This document shows positions 18,898 through 28,071 of a stretch of DNA of 64,000 bases, piece after piece. The notes beneath the pieces were generated by a model. It saw only the letters and a list, made by a program, of their open reading frames with translations. It was not told the DNA's origin and searched no databases. The translations under genes were made by a program, and so were the position numbers. Origin of the DNA: Candidatus Parcubacteria bacterium. GTDB taxonomy: Bacteria > Patescibacteriota > Patescibacteriia > CAIXNZ01. Each line of letters opens with the position of its first letter. The stretch's first letter is position 1. The stretch covers positions 4,943 to 68,942 of the forward strand of contig JAPLYG010000006.1 of the NCBI GenBank assembly GCA_026395685.1, read 5' to 3'.

Positions 18898-19242
18898 ATG
18901 GACTCCACAAAAAAGAGATACCAGGAATGGTGCGCAAGAATTGCCGAGGACACAGAGATGGCTCAACTCATCTCTCATTTTAGGGAACATGTCGGTGCGC
19001 ATTATTCTCGCGAGAACAATCGGGGCACAGAAAAAAGCTTTAAAAATTGGATAGCCGGGGTATTTAATTTTTTGGCAATTTTGGAGAGAAAGTATCCTCA
19101 AGTTACCACTGAAGATAAACTATATAAGCTTTGCAAATATTATAGAAAGCATAAGGATTTTTATAAAGACAACAAAGAAGGCCCTGAAGCTGCTTTTGAT
19201 GTAGATAAGTATATGAAAGAGTATCGCGGGGATATGGAATAA
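18898..19242 (+). CDS. Hypothetical protein
   Basis: ORF trimmed to the ATG at 18898. No recognisable motif. Confidence 0.35.
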   Translation: MDSTKKRYQEWCARIAEDTEMAQLISHFREHVGAHYSRENNRGTEKSFKNWIAGVFNFLAILERKYPQVTTEDKLYKLCKYYRKHKDFYKDNKEGPEAAFDVDKYMKEYRGDME

Positions 19243-19401
19243 TTTGGATGGTAGCAGATATCAGAAAGGGAGTGCGAAAGCCTCTCTTTTGTGTTAAAAT
19301 TATAGTAAAGCTGAGAGACTAATCTTGACTTGCTTCACAAAGCAGGCCGAGGTCGAGCGGCTAGTTGAAATTATGATTATTAATAATTAATTTATAACAT
19401 C

Positions 19402-20178
19402 ATGAAAAAGATTTTGCTTATAATAGGTATGGCAGTAGCTGTTATTATTTGGTGGGCAGGTCTAACAAAGGCTGGATATATCCCAAATATTCTTAAAATA
19501 AAGTCGTTAAATTCTAGAGAGAGTAATATTCAAATGCCTTTAAATAATAAAAAAGTGGAATCGAATAAAAACGCGGAATCGAATAAAGCAGAATTTGAAA
19601 TAAATGATTTGGGGAGTTTTGCAGAGCCTATTATTTATTTCTACCCCTCAAAAGAACAAGAGGTAATTGTTGAATTATCTTACGGGGGAAAGATTATTGC
19701 AGATTATCCCCGCTATGATGAAAAGATTCAGGGGTGGGATTTTATAGCATATCCAGATGGCCACCTGATAAATAAGAAAGATAATAAGGAATATAGTTAT
19801 ATTTTTTGGGAAGGAATTCCCAGCGTTCCAGTGAACTGGGATATTAAAGAAGGTTTTATTGTTAAAGGAGAGGATGCTCGGGAGTTTTTACAGGAAATTT
19901 TGCCAAAAATCGGATTAACCCCAAAAGAATTCAATGAATTTATTGTATATTGGTATCCAAGAATGAAAGATAATTCCTATAATTTAATTTATTTTGCAGA
20001 TAAACAATATACAGACGTAGCTTCTCTTGATATTTCTCCTAAGCCCGATTCAATCTTGAAGGTCTTTATGGTTGTTAAACCTTTGCAGGAGAAGATTAGC
20101 ATTCAGCCCCAAATAATAAAACCCTTTGAAAGAAAAGGATTTTCCGTTATAGAGTGGGGGGGAACTGAAATCAAATAA
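19402..20178 (+). CDS. Membrane-anchored or secreted hypothetical protein
   Basis: N-terminal hydrophobic helix. 258 aa. Confidence 0.45.
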   Translation: MKKILLIIGMAVAVIIWWAGLTKAGYIPNILKIKSLNSRESNIQMPLNNKKVESNKNAESNKAEFEINDLGSFAEPIIYFYPSKEQEVIVELSYGGKIIADYPRYDEKIQGWDFIAYPDGHLINKKDNKEYSYIFWEGIPSVPVNWDIKEGFIVKGEDAREFLQEILPKIGLTPKEFNEFIVYWYPRMKDNSYNLIYFADKQYTDVASLDISPKPDSILKVFMVVKPLQEKISIQPQIIKPFERKGFSVIEWGGTEIK

Positions 20179-20190
20179 AAATAATATTCT

Positions 20191-20907
20191 ATGAATCCAA
20201 AATTAATTTTTGATATCGAGACAATTGGTGAAAACTGGGATGATTTGGACAAGACGACCCAGCATGCCCTAACCCGCTGGATAAAAAAAGATTCTTTTTC
20301 CGAGGAGCAATATAAAAGTGCGATGGAAGAAGCAAAAAATGGCCTAGGATTTTCACCCTATACCGGCCAAATTGTGGCTATCGGCGTAATGGAGGTTGAA
20401 ACCGGCCGGGGCGCGGTTTATTTCCAGTCTCCGGATAAAAAGACAGAAGATTTTGAAGAAAAGAATATTAAGTTTAAGGTTTTGAACGAAAAGGAGATGC
20501 TGCAGAGTTTTTGGCAGGGCGCTATTGAATATTCTGAATTTATTAGTTTTAACGGACGAGGTTTTGATGTGCCTTTTTTAATGATTCGCTCAGCGATTAA
20601 TGGCATTAAACCGACTAAAAATCTGATGTCCAACCGTTATGTAAACAGTCAAACATTTAATGCCCAGCATATTGACCTAATGGATCAATTAACGTTTTAT
20701 AGCGCTGTCAGGCGCAGTCCCAGCCTACATCTGGCTTGCCGTGCTTTTGGCATTAAGAGCCCCAAGGAAGATGGGGTAGACGGCGATGCTGTAAGGCCGT
20801 TATTTGAAGCCAAGGAATATTTAAAGATCGCCAAATATAATCTGGAGGATCTGAAAGCAACCAGGGAACTATACTTGAAATGGAATGAATTCATTAATAT
20901 TAAATAG
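20191..20907 (+). CDS. RNase-H-like 3'-5' exonuclease domain protein (YprB / PolB-exonuclease-like). Putative.
   Basis: An N-terminal FDIET motif (Exo I-like). Later acidic motifs NGRGFDVPFL and IDLMD. Confidence 0.5.
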   Translation: MNPKLIFDIETIGENWDDLDKTTQHALTRWIKKDSFSEEQYKSAMEEAKNGLGFSPYTGQIVAIGVMEVETGRGAVYFQSPDKKTEDFEEKNIKFKVLNEKEMLQSFWQGAIEYSEFISFNGRGFDVPFLMIRSAINGIKPTKNLMSNRYVNSQTFNAQHIDLMDQLTFYSAVRRSPSLHLACRAFGIKSPKEDGVDGDAVRPLFEAKEYLKIAKYNLEDLKATRELYLKWNEFINIK

Positions 20908-20972
20908 GCATTAGGGATATTGTTTGAGAGTATATTTATTAAATGAAGCTAGAATAAAATAAAAAGTTTTAA

Positions 20973-21103
20973 TTACCAATTATCAATAATCAATATTCAA
21001 ACAGCACCTAAACTTTAAAAGCAAATAACTAAAAAATTTGGAAATTTGGAGTTAGGTAATTTAAATTTGTTTGATGATTGATTCTTGTTTATTGATTATT
21101 TTT
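20973..21103. repeat. Empty MITE-like element, AATCAATAATCAA family
   Basis: Inverted arms ttaccaattatcaataatcaatattcaaacag and gtttgatgattgattcttgtttattgattatttt. Confidence 0.5.
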
Positions 21104-21114
21104 AAAAAAAATAC

Positions 21115-22023
21115 ATGTGGCTAGTTTTGGCAGTTATCGCCTACCTGCTTTTTGCCCTGGCAAATATTGGGGACAAGCTGGTAGTAAGTAAATATAAAAC
21201 AGAACCCATTGTCTATGCTTTTTACGTAGGCATTTTGGGTATTGTTTCAGTTTGGCTGATTCCTTTTGGAGTTTATTGGTTACCTGGCTTTCTATTTGTC
21301 TTGGCACTTTTGGCCGGGGTTGCTTTTGTAGCAGCTTTATTTTTCATGTACAAAGCATTAAGCCTGGGAGAAACTTCAAAGGCAATTACCATCATGGGCA
21401 GTTCAAGCCCGATTTTTACTTTTACTTTGGCAAATATTTTTCTGCATGAACAGTTAAAGCTTAATGAAATTATCGCCTTTATTATTCTGGTTGCAGCCAT
21501 AATATTAATTGTTTGGCAAAAACAGAATAAATCACGCAAAAAATATCATGACTCCATAATGTTTTGGTCTGTTTTGGCCGGGTTTGGCTTTGCAGCCAAC
21601 TATATTTTGACTAAATACTTATTCAGCGCTGATAGTTTTGTTAATATTTTTTTCTGGACCAGGATCGGCGGCTTTATAACTGCTCTCGTCATCCTTTTAT
21701 TTGCGCAGGCAAGAAAATTAATTAAAGCTGACTGGAAGCGGCCGAAAAAGCAAAAGGGGCTATTGGTTCTGGGTATTCAGCTGGCAGGCGGTTTAGGCGT
21801 TATCCTGCAAAGCTATGCTTTAAGCCTGGCCAGCGCAACTTTAATTAATGCGTTGCAGGCTGTACAGTATGCCCTGGTCTTTATTTTTGCCAGTATCTTG
21901 GGCAGAAAAAACAGCCACTTAGCTGAAAATATTAATAGGCAGGAATTGATCCGTAAAATTTCAGCCTTGCTTTTAATCGCTATTGGGTTGTCTTTATTAG
22001 CTTTATCAGGCTCTTATGTCTAA
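21115..22023 (+). CDS. EamA/DMT-family transporter
   Basis: Ten TM helices in two 5-TM halves. Confidence 0.6.
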   Translation: MWLVLAVIAYLLFALANIGDKLVVSKYKTEPIVYAFYVGILGIVSVWLIPFGVYWLPGFLFVLALLAGVAFVAALFFMYKALSLGETSKAITIMGSSSPIFTFTLANIFLHEQLKLNEIIAFIILVAAIILIVWQKQNKSRKKYHDSIMFWSVLAGFGFAANYILTKYLFSADSFVNIFFWTRIGGFITALVILLFAQARKLIKADWKRPKKQKGLLVLGIQLAGGLGVILQSYALSLASATLINALQAVQYALVFIFASILGRKNSHLAENINRQELIRKISALLLIAIGLSLLALSGSYV

Positions 22024-23017
22024 ATTTAAAATAAAAAAAATTATGTATTATATTTTAATCGCCATTGTTTTATTTTTGGGTGTGTTTTTAGTTTTAGCCC
22101 AACTTACTTATCAGCCGCAAAAGCCGATTAAATATGGGGTTACTTTTTCTAAAGAGTTTGCCAGCTATCTTGGGCTTGATTGGCAAAAGGCGTATTCAGA
22201 CATGCTGGATGAGTTGCAAGTAAAATATTTACGACTGCCAGTATATTGGGATCAGCTTGAACCGCAAAAAGATCAGTATGATTTTTCCGCGGCCGACTGG
22301 CAAATTGGGGAAGCTGCCAAAAGAAATGTAAAAATTATACTCGTAGTCGGCCGCCGTCAACCGCGCTGGCCTGAATGCCATGATCCAGCCTGGGTTAATT
22401 CTGTTTCAAGTAAGGAGGCCAGGGAAAAGTTATTGAAAAATATTGAATTGGTCGTTAATCGCTATAAAAACAATTCGGCAATTGAAATTTGGCAGGTGGA
22501 AAATGAGCCTTTTCTTAATTTTTTTGGCAAATGCCCGAAAATGAGTAAACAAGAATTACAGGAGGAAATTGATTTGGTCAGAAAACTGGATAACCGTAAA
22601 ATATTATTGACTGATTCCGGAGAATTAAGTACCTGGTATCCCTTAAGTAAAATGGGTGATTATTTCGGCACCACTTTATACCGCACAACTTACAATAAAT
22701 ATTTTGGCTACTGGAATTACTTTTTTGTACCGGCTTCATTTTACCGCCTTAAGGCTTTAGCCCTGGGCAATTCTTTGGACAATACCATGATCGCGGAACT
22801 GCAGGCTGAGCCGTGGTTTTCGGACGGGGTAACAGCTACGCCCTTAGAAAAGCAATTAAAAGGCATGAATGCTGATAAGCTTAAAGCCAATGCCGAGTAT
22901 GCCAGAAAGACTAATTTTTCCCGCGCTTATTTTTGGGGAGTGGAATGGTGGTACTGGCTGAAAGTTAATCATAATAATCCCTCGGTCTGGGATGCGGCCA
23001 AGGAATACTTTAAATAA
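22016..23017 (+). CDS. Membrane-anchored glycoside hydrolase, clan GH-A (GH5-like)
   Basis: IWQVENEP carries the GH-A catalytic acid/base NEP motif. The region has a TIM-barrel-like pattern. N-terminal TM anchor. Confidence 0.5.
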   Translation: MSKFKIKKIMYYILIAIVLFLGVFLVLAQLTYQPQKPIKYGVTFSKEFASYLGLDWQKAYSDMLDELQVKYLRLPVYWDQLEPQKDQYDFSAADWQIGEAAKRNVKIILVVGRRQPRWPECHDPAWVNSVSSKEAREKLLKNIELVVNRYKNNSAIEIWQVENEPFLNFFGKCPKMSKQELQEEIDLVRKLDNRKILLTDSGELSTWYPLSKMGDYFGTTLYRTTYNKYFGYWNYFFVPASFYRLKALALGNSLDNTMIAELQAEPWFSDGVTATPLEKQLKGMNADKLKANAEYARKTNFSRAYFWGVEWWYWLKVNHNNPSVWDAAKEYFK

Positions 23018-23029
23018 TAAAATAAATTC

Positions 23030-23518
23030 ATGGAAAAATTAAAAAGTTTTTTATTAGTTGGTGTTTTAGTAGGTATTATTTTATTGATTCCTTACGAGAC
23101 TTATGCGTTAAATGAAGAAAGCCCGAAGATGAGTCAGGAAAGCTTGACTTGTCAAAATGATAAAGATTGCATTCTGGTAGAAAATCAGTGTGGTTTTACA
23201 GATGCAATAAATAGAAACTATTTAAAAACTTGGGAATATGCAGTAAGTATAACCCCAAAGGATATGTTGTGTGGTTGGATAACTAAAGCATGGCTCACTA
23301 CTGAGCATGAAGTTGCCAGGTGTAGAAATAATAGTTGCACTGTCGTAACAGAGTTAGAGTGGTGGGCAAAAAATTCAATAACAAGAAATGCCGTATTTTT
23401 TTATCATCATCTCAAACAGGGCAAAGTAGATTATTCTGCTTTAATATTCCCGGCAATGTTAATAGTACTGCTGATTTTGATAGGAATACTTATATTTAAA
23501 AAAAGAAAAAAAGTATAA
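23030..23518 (+). CDS. Bitopic Cys-motif protein, paralog 1. Hypothetical.
   Basis: N-terminal signal anchor. CQNDKDCILVENQCGF motif. A C-terminal TM helix followed by the tail KKRKKV. Confidence 0.5.
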   Translation: MEKLKSFLLVGVLVGIILLIPYETYALNEESPKMSQESLTCQNDKDCILVENQCGFTDAINRNYLKTWEYAVSITPKDMLCGWITKAWLTTEHEVARCRNNSCTVVTELEWWAKNSITRNAVFFYHHLKQGKVDYSALIFPAMLIVLLILIGILIFKKRKKV

Positions 23519-23637
23519 ACGTCATGTGGAAACGCCCTTTTTGGGGAGTGGAGTGGTGGTACTGGCTGAAAGTTAAGAATAATAATTCATCTGTCTGGGA
23601 CGCGGCCAAGGAATATTTTAAATAATAAAATAAATTT
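23519..23637 (+). repeat. Direct duplicate (~90% identical) of 22928-23046, the 3' end of the glycoside hydrolase gene plus the start of the next gene
   Basis: ttttggggagtggartggtggtactggctgaaagttaa...gggaygcggccaaggaatayttaaataataaaataaattyatggaaaaattaaaaa occurs twice. Confidence 0.7.
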
Positions 23638-24120
23638 ATGGAAAAATTAAAAATAAGCAGTATATTGATTATTATAGGAGTATTAGGTTTGATGTGCTTT
23701 GCATTGTTTAATATTTGGTTATTTAAGCAACAAACAAATTATGAAAATGAGGCTAAAAGACTTCCGTTGCCGAAGACTTATGATGAAAGAATTGCCTGTA
23801 ATAACGATAATGATTGCGTTTTATTTAGGGATAGATGCGGCGAGTTAATTCCCACAAATAAAAAATTTTTATACGCAATGGAAAAGCAGAAGCAGGCACA
23901 GATGGCAAGCGTTGATGGAGAATTTAGTCTATGCTTATTTAGCAGCCCAACATTATTATCAGGCGAAGAATTTGTTGCAAAGTGTAAAAATAATCAATGT
24001 GTCTTGGCAAGAGAAAAGGTAAACACTAAAATAAAAATATTTGCAGGAGTGATAATATTGATTGTGGGAATTGCGGTTATTTTTGTGATAAAGAAGAAAA
24101 GGCACTTGAAGATAAGTTAA
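23638..24120 (+). CDS. Bitopic Cys-motif protein, paralog 2. Hypothetical.
   Basis: Same architecture as paralog 1, with the motif CNNDNDCVLFRDRCGE. It begins with the same MEKLK. Confidence 0.5.
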   Translation: MEKLKISSILIIIGVLGLMCFALFNIWLFKQQTNYENEAKRLPLPKTYDERIACNNDNDCVLFRDRCGELIPTNKKFLYAMEKQKQAQMASVDGEFSLCLFSSPTLLSGEEFVAKCKNNQCVLAREKVNTKIKIFAGVIILIVGIAVIFVIKKKRHLKIS

Positions 24121-24130
24121 GGATACAAAG

Positions 24131-24214
24131 AAAAAATCGGCCAATTTTATAAAATGTACCCAGCCCTTCGCGAAGGGCTGGGTACATTGTTTTTTTAACA
24201 AGGCCGATTTTTTA
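24131..24214. terminator. Nested long hairpin (16-bp perfect inner stem) with a T-run. Probably a bidirectional terminator.
   Basis: aatgtacccagcccttcgcgaagggctgggtacatt at 24153-24188, then GTTTTTTT. The outer stem is aaaatcggcc/ggccgatttt. Confidence 0.6.
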
Positions 24215-24220
24215 TCTTTA

Positions 24221-24248
24221 GTAGGCGACACAAGCTTGTGTCGCCTAC
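24221..24248. other. Perfect 12-bp palindrome gtaggcgacacaagcttgtgtcgcctac
   Basis: Reverse-complement symmetric around the AGCT at its centre. It is GC-rich in an AT-rich spacer. Confidence 0.4.
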
Positions 24249-24298
24249 GTACGTTCATATTACTTTTTCCTATTAATTATTGGGCTATTGTGGTATCA

Positions 24299-24327
24299 TT
24301 GACAAAAATGTATAAATATGATATTAT
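24299..24327 (+). promoter_or_regulatory. Consensus-like sigma70 promoter for the 24411 gene
   Basis: TTGACA, a 17-nt spacer, TATTAT. An ~80-nt leader follows, with an 8-bp hairpin cctagttg...caactagg before the GGAGG Shine-Dalgarno sequence. Confidence 0.55.
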
Positions 24328-24410
24328 ATGGGGTAAGTATTGAAATGTTCCTAGTTGTGCAAATCTTAGGCAACTAGGTTTTATTGGCCCAATAGCAAGG
24401 AGGAACATAG

Positions 24411-24731
24411 ATGGCTCTGAAGCAGTATCTGATTCGTTTGGCGATCATGTTCGCGGTTATCGTCGGTCTAGGCGCCGTGGTGATGGCCTTGCCGAACCAG
24501 GACAAGGCTGTCCACAAGCACATCATGAAACCGCTCCTCGTGGTGGATTCGCCCAAGCCGATTGGCCAGGGCCTCTACGTGGTGGTGGTTAAGCAGGGAA
24601 ACCTCAAAGTCCCGATGCTGACCATGAACCGCAACCTGACCGCTGGAAAGGTCGCCCAGATCGTGCGTTACGACCTCGACGGCAGCCACCCGGCCATCGA
24701 TCTGATGAACTTCACGTTCATGGCCGAGTAG
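24411..24731 (+). CDS. GC-rich small N-terminally anchored protein. Hypothetical.
   Basis: GC is roughly 58%. GGAGGAAC Shine-Dalgarno sequence. A TM helix LIRLAIMFAVIVGLGAVVMAL. Its own terminator at 24747-24776. Confidence 0.5.
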   Translation: MALKQYLIRLAIMFAVIVGLGAVVMALPNQDKAVHKHIMKPLLVVDSPKPIGQGLYVVVVKQGNLKVPMLTMNRNLTAGKVAQIVRYDLDGSHPAIDLMNFTFMAE

Positions 24732-24746
24732 TGCCACACGCCCAAC

Positions 24747-24776
24747 CCCCGGGAATCATTCCTGGGGATTTTTTTA
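24747..24776 (+). terminator. Rho-independent terminator
   Basis: ccccgggaatcattcctgggg followed by ATTTTTTTATTT. Confidence 0.7.
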
Positions 24777-24858
24777 TTTAAAAATTTGGGCGCAGTCAGT
24801 CGATTTTTTCATTAAGATATTATTCGATAATAGATGTTATTTTTGGTATAATTAGAGC

Positions 24859-26007
24859 ATGAAGAAAAAACTAAAAATCGGATTTTTTACCGATACATAT
24901 TTACCTCAGGTAAATGGCGTGGTAACCTCAATTGAGCTTTTTCGTCAAGAATTAGAACGCCAGGGTCATCAGGTTTATATTTTTTGTCCGAGAGTCGCAG
25001 GCGAAAAAGACAGCGCTAGAGTGATTAGGTTTAAATCATTTCGTTTTTTGTTTCAGCCGGAATATCATGTTTCCATTCCTTTTTCTCGCCATATTTTGCG
25101 GGATTTTTGGTCCAAAGAATTGGATATTGTTCATGCGCATACTCCGTTTAGCATCGGCTTGTTAGGCTATTATTATGCCTATATTAAAAAAGTGCCTTTT
25201 ATCCATACTTACCATACCTTATATCCAGAGTACATTAAATCATATTTATTTAAAGGCAAGGTTATTACTCCGGGTATGGCTGCGAAATTCAGTTCGGTTT
25301 TTTCCAATCGTTGCGACCTGACAATTGCGCCTTCAATTAAAATTAAGAGGCTTCTGGAAGAGTATGGCGTAAAAACGCCTATTGATGTTTTAGCAACCGG
25401 CGTTAATGTTCAAGATTATGCAAGAAAAGTTAAGGCTAATAATTTTCGAAAACAATATGGCTTAAAGGCGACTGATAAGCTGTTAATTTTTGTCGGGCGG
25501 TTGGGCAAAGAGAAGAATGTTGATTTCCTGATTTCAGCTTTGCCCTTGATCCAAATGACAATCAAAAATGCCAAGCTGATTATTATCGGAGATGGACCGC
25601 ATCGCGCTAATCTGCAAAAACAGGCAATTAAATTGAAAATTAGGGATTCAGTTATTTTTACCGGTTATTTTAAAAAGCCGGAAGTGGTTAAGGCTTATCA
25701 GGCGAGTGATCTTTTTGTTTTTGCGTCTTTAACTGACACTCAGGGCATGGTGGTGGTTGAAGCTGCTGCAGCGGGCTTGCCAATCGTGGCAGTTAAGGAT
25801 GACGCCTTTGGTGAATTTTTACGAAACGGTCAAAACGGCTTTAATACTCAGCAAAATAAAAAAGACTTTAGCGATAAAGTCGTGCAAATCTTAAGTAAGA
25901 AGTCTCTTTATAATAAAATGTCTAAAAAGTCTCAGGAAATTGCCAGGGAGTTTACGATTGAGAAACAGACGAAAAAACTGGCGAGCATTTATCGAAAATT
26001 AATGTAA
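24859..26007 (+). CDS. Glycosyltransferase family 4 (GT-B, group 1)
   Basis: N-terminal GFFTDTYLPQVNGV. A C-terminal EAAAAGLPIV-type motif. Confidence 0.75.
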   Translation: MKKKLKIGFFTDTYLPQVNGVVTSIELFRQELERQGHQVYIFCPRVAGEKDSARVIRFKSFRFLFQPEYHVSIPFSRHILRDFWSKELDIVHAHTPFSIGLLGYYYAYIKKVPFIHTYHTLYPEYIKSYLFKGKVITPGMAAKFSSVFSNRCDLTIAPSIKIKRLLEEYGVKTPIDVLATGVNVQDYARKVKANNFRKQYGLKATDKLLIFVGRLGKEKNVDFLISALPLIQMTIKNAKLIIIGDGPHRANLQKQAIKLKIRDSVIFTGYFKKPEVVKAYQASDLFVFASLTDTQGMVVVEAAAAGLPIVAVKDDAFGEFLRNGQNGFNTQQNKKDFSDKVVQILSKKSLYNKMSKKSQEIAREFTIEKQTKKLASIYRKLM

Positions 26008-26028
26008 ATAATAAATATAGTGACAAAC

Positions 26029-26105
26029 CCCCCACTGTTATTCAGAGCGAAGCGAAGGATCCCAACGTCCAAAGAGATCCCTCACTCTGTTCAGGATGAC
26101 AATGG
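26029..26105. repeat. Hairpin repeat, left flank of the GIY-YIG gene
   Basis: Contains ttcagagcgaagcgaaggatc, which recurs at 26456. Confidence 0.5.
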
Positions 26106-26143
26106 AGAAATGCAGTGAGGGTTTTGTGTCCATTTACTAACAT

Positions 26144-26440
26144 ATGGAAGACAATTCATACGCAGTTTATATCTTGATGAATAAAATGAGAACCGTAAAT
26201 TATACAGGGGTAACTAATGATTTAATTCGGCGAAGTTGGGAACACAAGAACAAGGTAAATGACGGATTTACCAAAAGGTATAAAGTTGATAAGCTTGTCT
26301 ATTATGAATTTTTTGAAGATATTAATAATGCTATTGCCAGAGAAAAACAACTAAAAGGTTGGTCAAAGGCAAAGAAGATGAAACTAATAGAATCTTTAAA
26401 CCCATATTACAAGGATTTATGGGAAGATCTTTGTAAATAA
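26144..26440 (+). CDS. GIY-YIG nuclease superfamily protein (small, stand-alone)
   Basis: YAVYILMN...YTGVTNDLIRRSWEH...Y.E.F....AIAREKQLKGWSKAKK is the GIY-YIG/URI pattern. Confidence 0.7.
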   Translation: MEDNSYAVYILMNKMRTVNYTGVTNDLIRRSWEHKNKVNDGFTKRYKVDKLVYYEFFEDINNAIAREKQLKGWSKAKKMKLIESLNPYYKDLWEDLCK

Positions 26441-26445
26441 AAATA

Positions 26446-26540
26446 CCCTCTGTCATCCAGAGCGAAGCGAAGGATCTCTTTGGTCGTCGATATCCAAGGA
26501 GATTCCTCATTTCATTCGGAATGACAGAGGGTGTTTTTTT
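26446..26540. repeat. Hairpin repeat, right flank of the GIY-YIG gene (~85-nt stem-loop followed by a T-run)
   Basis: ccctctgtcatccagagcgaagcgaaggatctc ... gagattcctcatttcattcggaatgacagaggg followed by T9. Confidence 0.55.
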
Positions 26541-26569
26541 GTTTTAAATCCAGAATATTTACTTGCAAT

Positions 26570-27291
26570 TCATTTAATCGAATTCCAGCACAGATTAAAG
26601 ATCAGGCGCATAGTCTCGGCAATTGGCTGTGATTCTATAATTACTCCGATTTTTTCTTCATAAGAGGTTAAATTGACAAAATTGTCGTAAATATCGATTT
26701 CAATATTGAAGGGATACATTTTGCTGGAAATTAACTTGGTTTGGCGCAATTCTTTTTTATCAGCTTTTACCCAGGGAAGCATATCAGGCGTATTTGGTGA
26801 AATCAGCTTTACTGAAATATTTTTTTTGATTCTTTTGGCAATATATTCCGGTTCAGCTTCAATTAAAGAATTAAACTGAGTATTATTGGCAAAGCTGAGT
26901 ATTTCCCTCTTGGCATTTAGGGAGTTTTTAATAACCCTGACAATACCATCTACTCCTTCATAAAATCTGATTTTTGGCTTTTTTACTGAAAGATTATTCA
27001 AAGCGTTCAAATCCGGCAAAACCGACAACAGCATTTCTTCCTTGCTTTTGATCAAGCCCATCAATTCAGAAGGCTCGGCCGCAACATATAATACCTTTTT
27101 TTCTTGGTGGTCTGGGAAATCAGCTGTTTTTGCTTGAGCTCTTCAATAATATAGTAAATCGTGCCCCTGTTTACTCCTGACTTTTTGGCAATTTCCAGGA
27201 TAGAGGAGGTACCCAGCTCCAGACAAGCCAGGTAAACCTTGGATTCCTTATCATTAAGACCCAGATTGGTCAAAACTTGTGGTAATAGCAT
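26570..27291 (-). pseudogene. TrmB-family transcriptional regulator interrupted by a frameshift at an A7 homopolymer
   Basis: 27061-27291 encodes the N-terminal TrmB winged HTH (VYLACLELGTSSILEIAKKSGVNRGTIYYIIEEL). 26570-27064 encodes the rest in another frame. An A8 in place of the A7 at about 27105-27111 would restore a single ORF. Confidence 0.55.
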
Positions 27292-27406
27292 ATAGGAATA
27301 TGGTTAGCTTTGGTTATATGTTGAAAAAATTGACAACATTACTTATATAAGCAGTATAGCAAATATAAGGAATATTGTCAATAGGTACTATTTTATGTTG
27401 AAGTAC

Positions 27407-27435
27407 TTGACAGGTTTGTAAAAATATGCTATACT
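27407..27435 (+). promoter_or_regulatory. Consensus sigma70 promoter driving the cassette array
   Basis: TTGACA, a 17-nt spacer, TATACT. The leader after it carries the hairpin gtcctgcagtgcgggac immediately before AAAAGGAG. Confidence 0.6.
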
Positions 27436-27564
27436 GCAATATCAGGATGAGAAAGGGACAAGTCCCTGGCTCACACCCGAACCACATATAGTAAGTTCAG
27501 AGTTCTTTAAAGATAAATACCCCACCCTCAACAGTCCTGCAGTGCGGGACAAAAGGAGTTTACG

Positions 27565-27942
27565 ATGGAAAATCAGATCAATTTTGCCGAAGTCCAGAAG
27601 CAGCTCGAAAGGTTTTTGGAACGGCTATATGGTGTACATCAGCCAATGTATCTAGATGGGCATGAGGATATTTGCGTGTGTCGTTTTGACTGCTATAAGC
27701 GCAGCTACCTTGACAAGTATGGTTCTTATGTCGTGCTTGCCCGGCAGAATGGTGACAAGACGAGTGTAGAGTTTTTAATGTCGATTATTGGTCCTTATGA
27801 TTTTACCATCATGAAAGTTTCTGAGTGCGAAAATGTCCTGACCTTAAAAGTTAAGTGGTTCAGTGGTTCGAAAGCTGGCCAAATTGAGGATCTTAATTTT
27901 GATTTTTCTAATCCGGTTGGTCTACTTGCTTTTGAGGTCTAG
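27565..27942 (+). CDS. Cassette ORF 1. Hypothetical cytoplasmic protein.
   Basis: 125 aa. Shine-Dalgarno AAAAGGAG. Sits in the conserved flank. Confidence 0.5.
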   Translation: MENQINFAEVQKQLERFLERLYGVHQPMYLDGHEDICVCRFDCYKRSYLDKYGSYVVLARQNGDKTSVEFLMSIIGPYDFTIMKVSECENVLTLKVKWFSGSKAGQIEDLNFDFSNPVGLLAFEV

Positions 27943-27969
27943 TCTGGAAGGGAAGCAGAAAACAGCATC

Positions 27970-28050
27970 TGCTCCCCGCCTAAATTGAGTCTTTTTCAAA
28001 GGGAAGAAGATTCAAAAGTAGGTTAAGTTCTTTAAATATCTATAACGTTT
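27970..28050 (+). repeat. Cassette junction core, copy 1
   Basis: ctccccgcctaaattgagtctttttcaaagggaagaagattcaaaagtaggttaagttctttaaa. Confidence 0.6.
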
Positions 28051-28071
28051 TCAACCCAAAGGAGAAATAAG

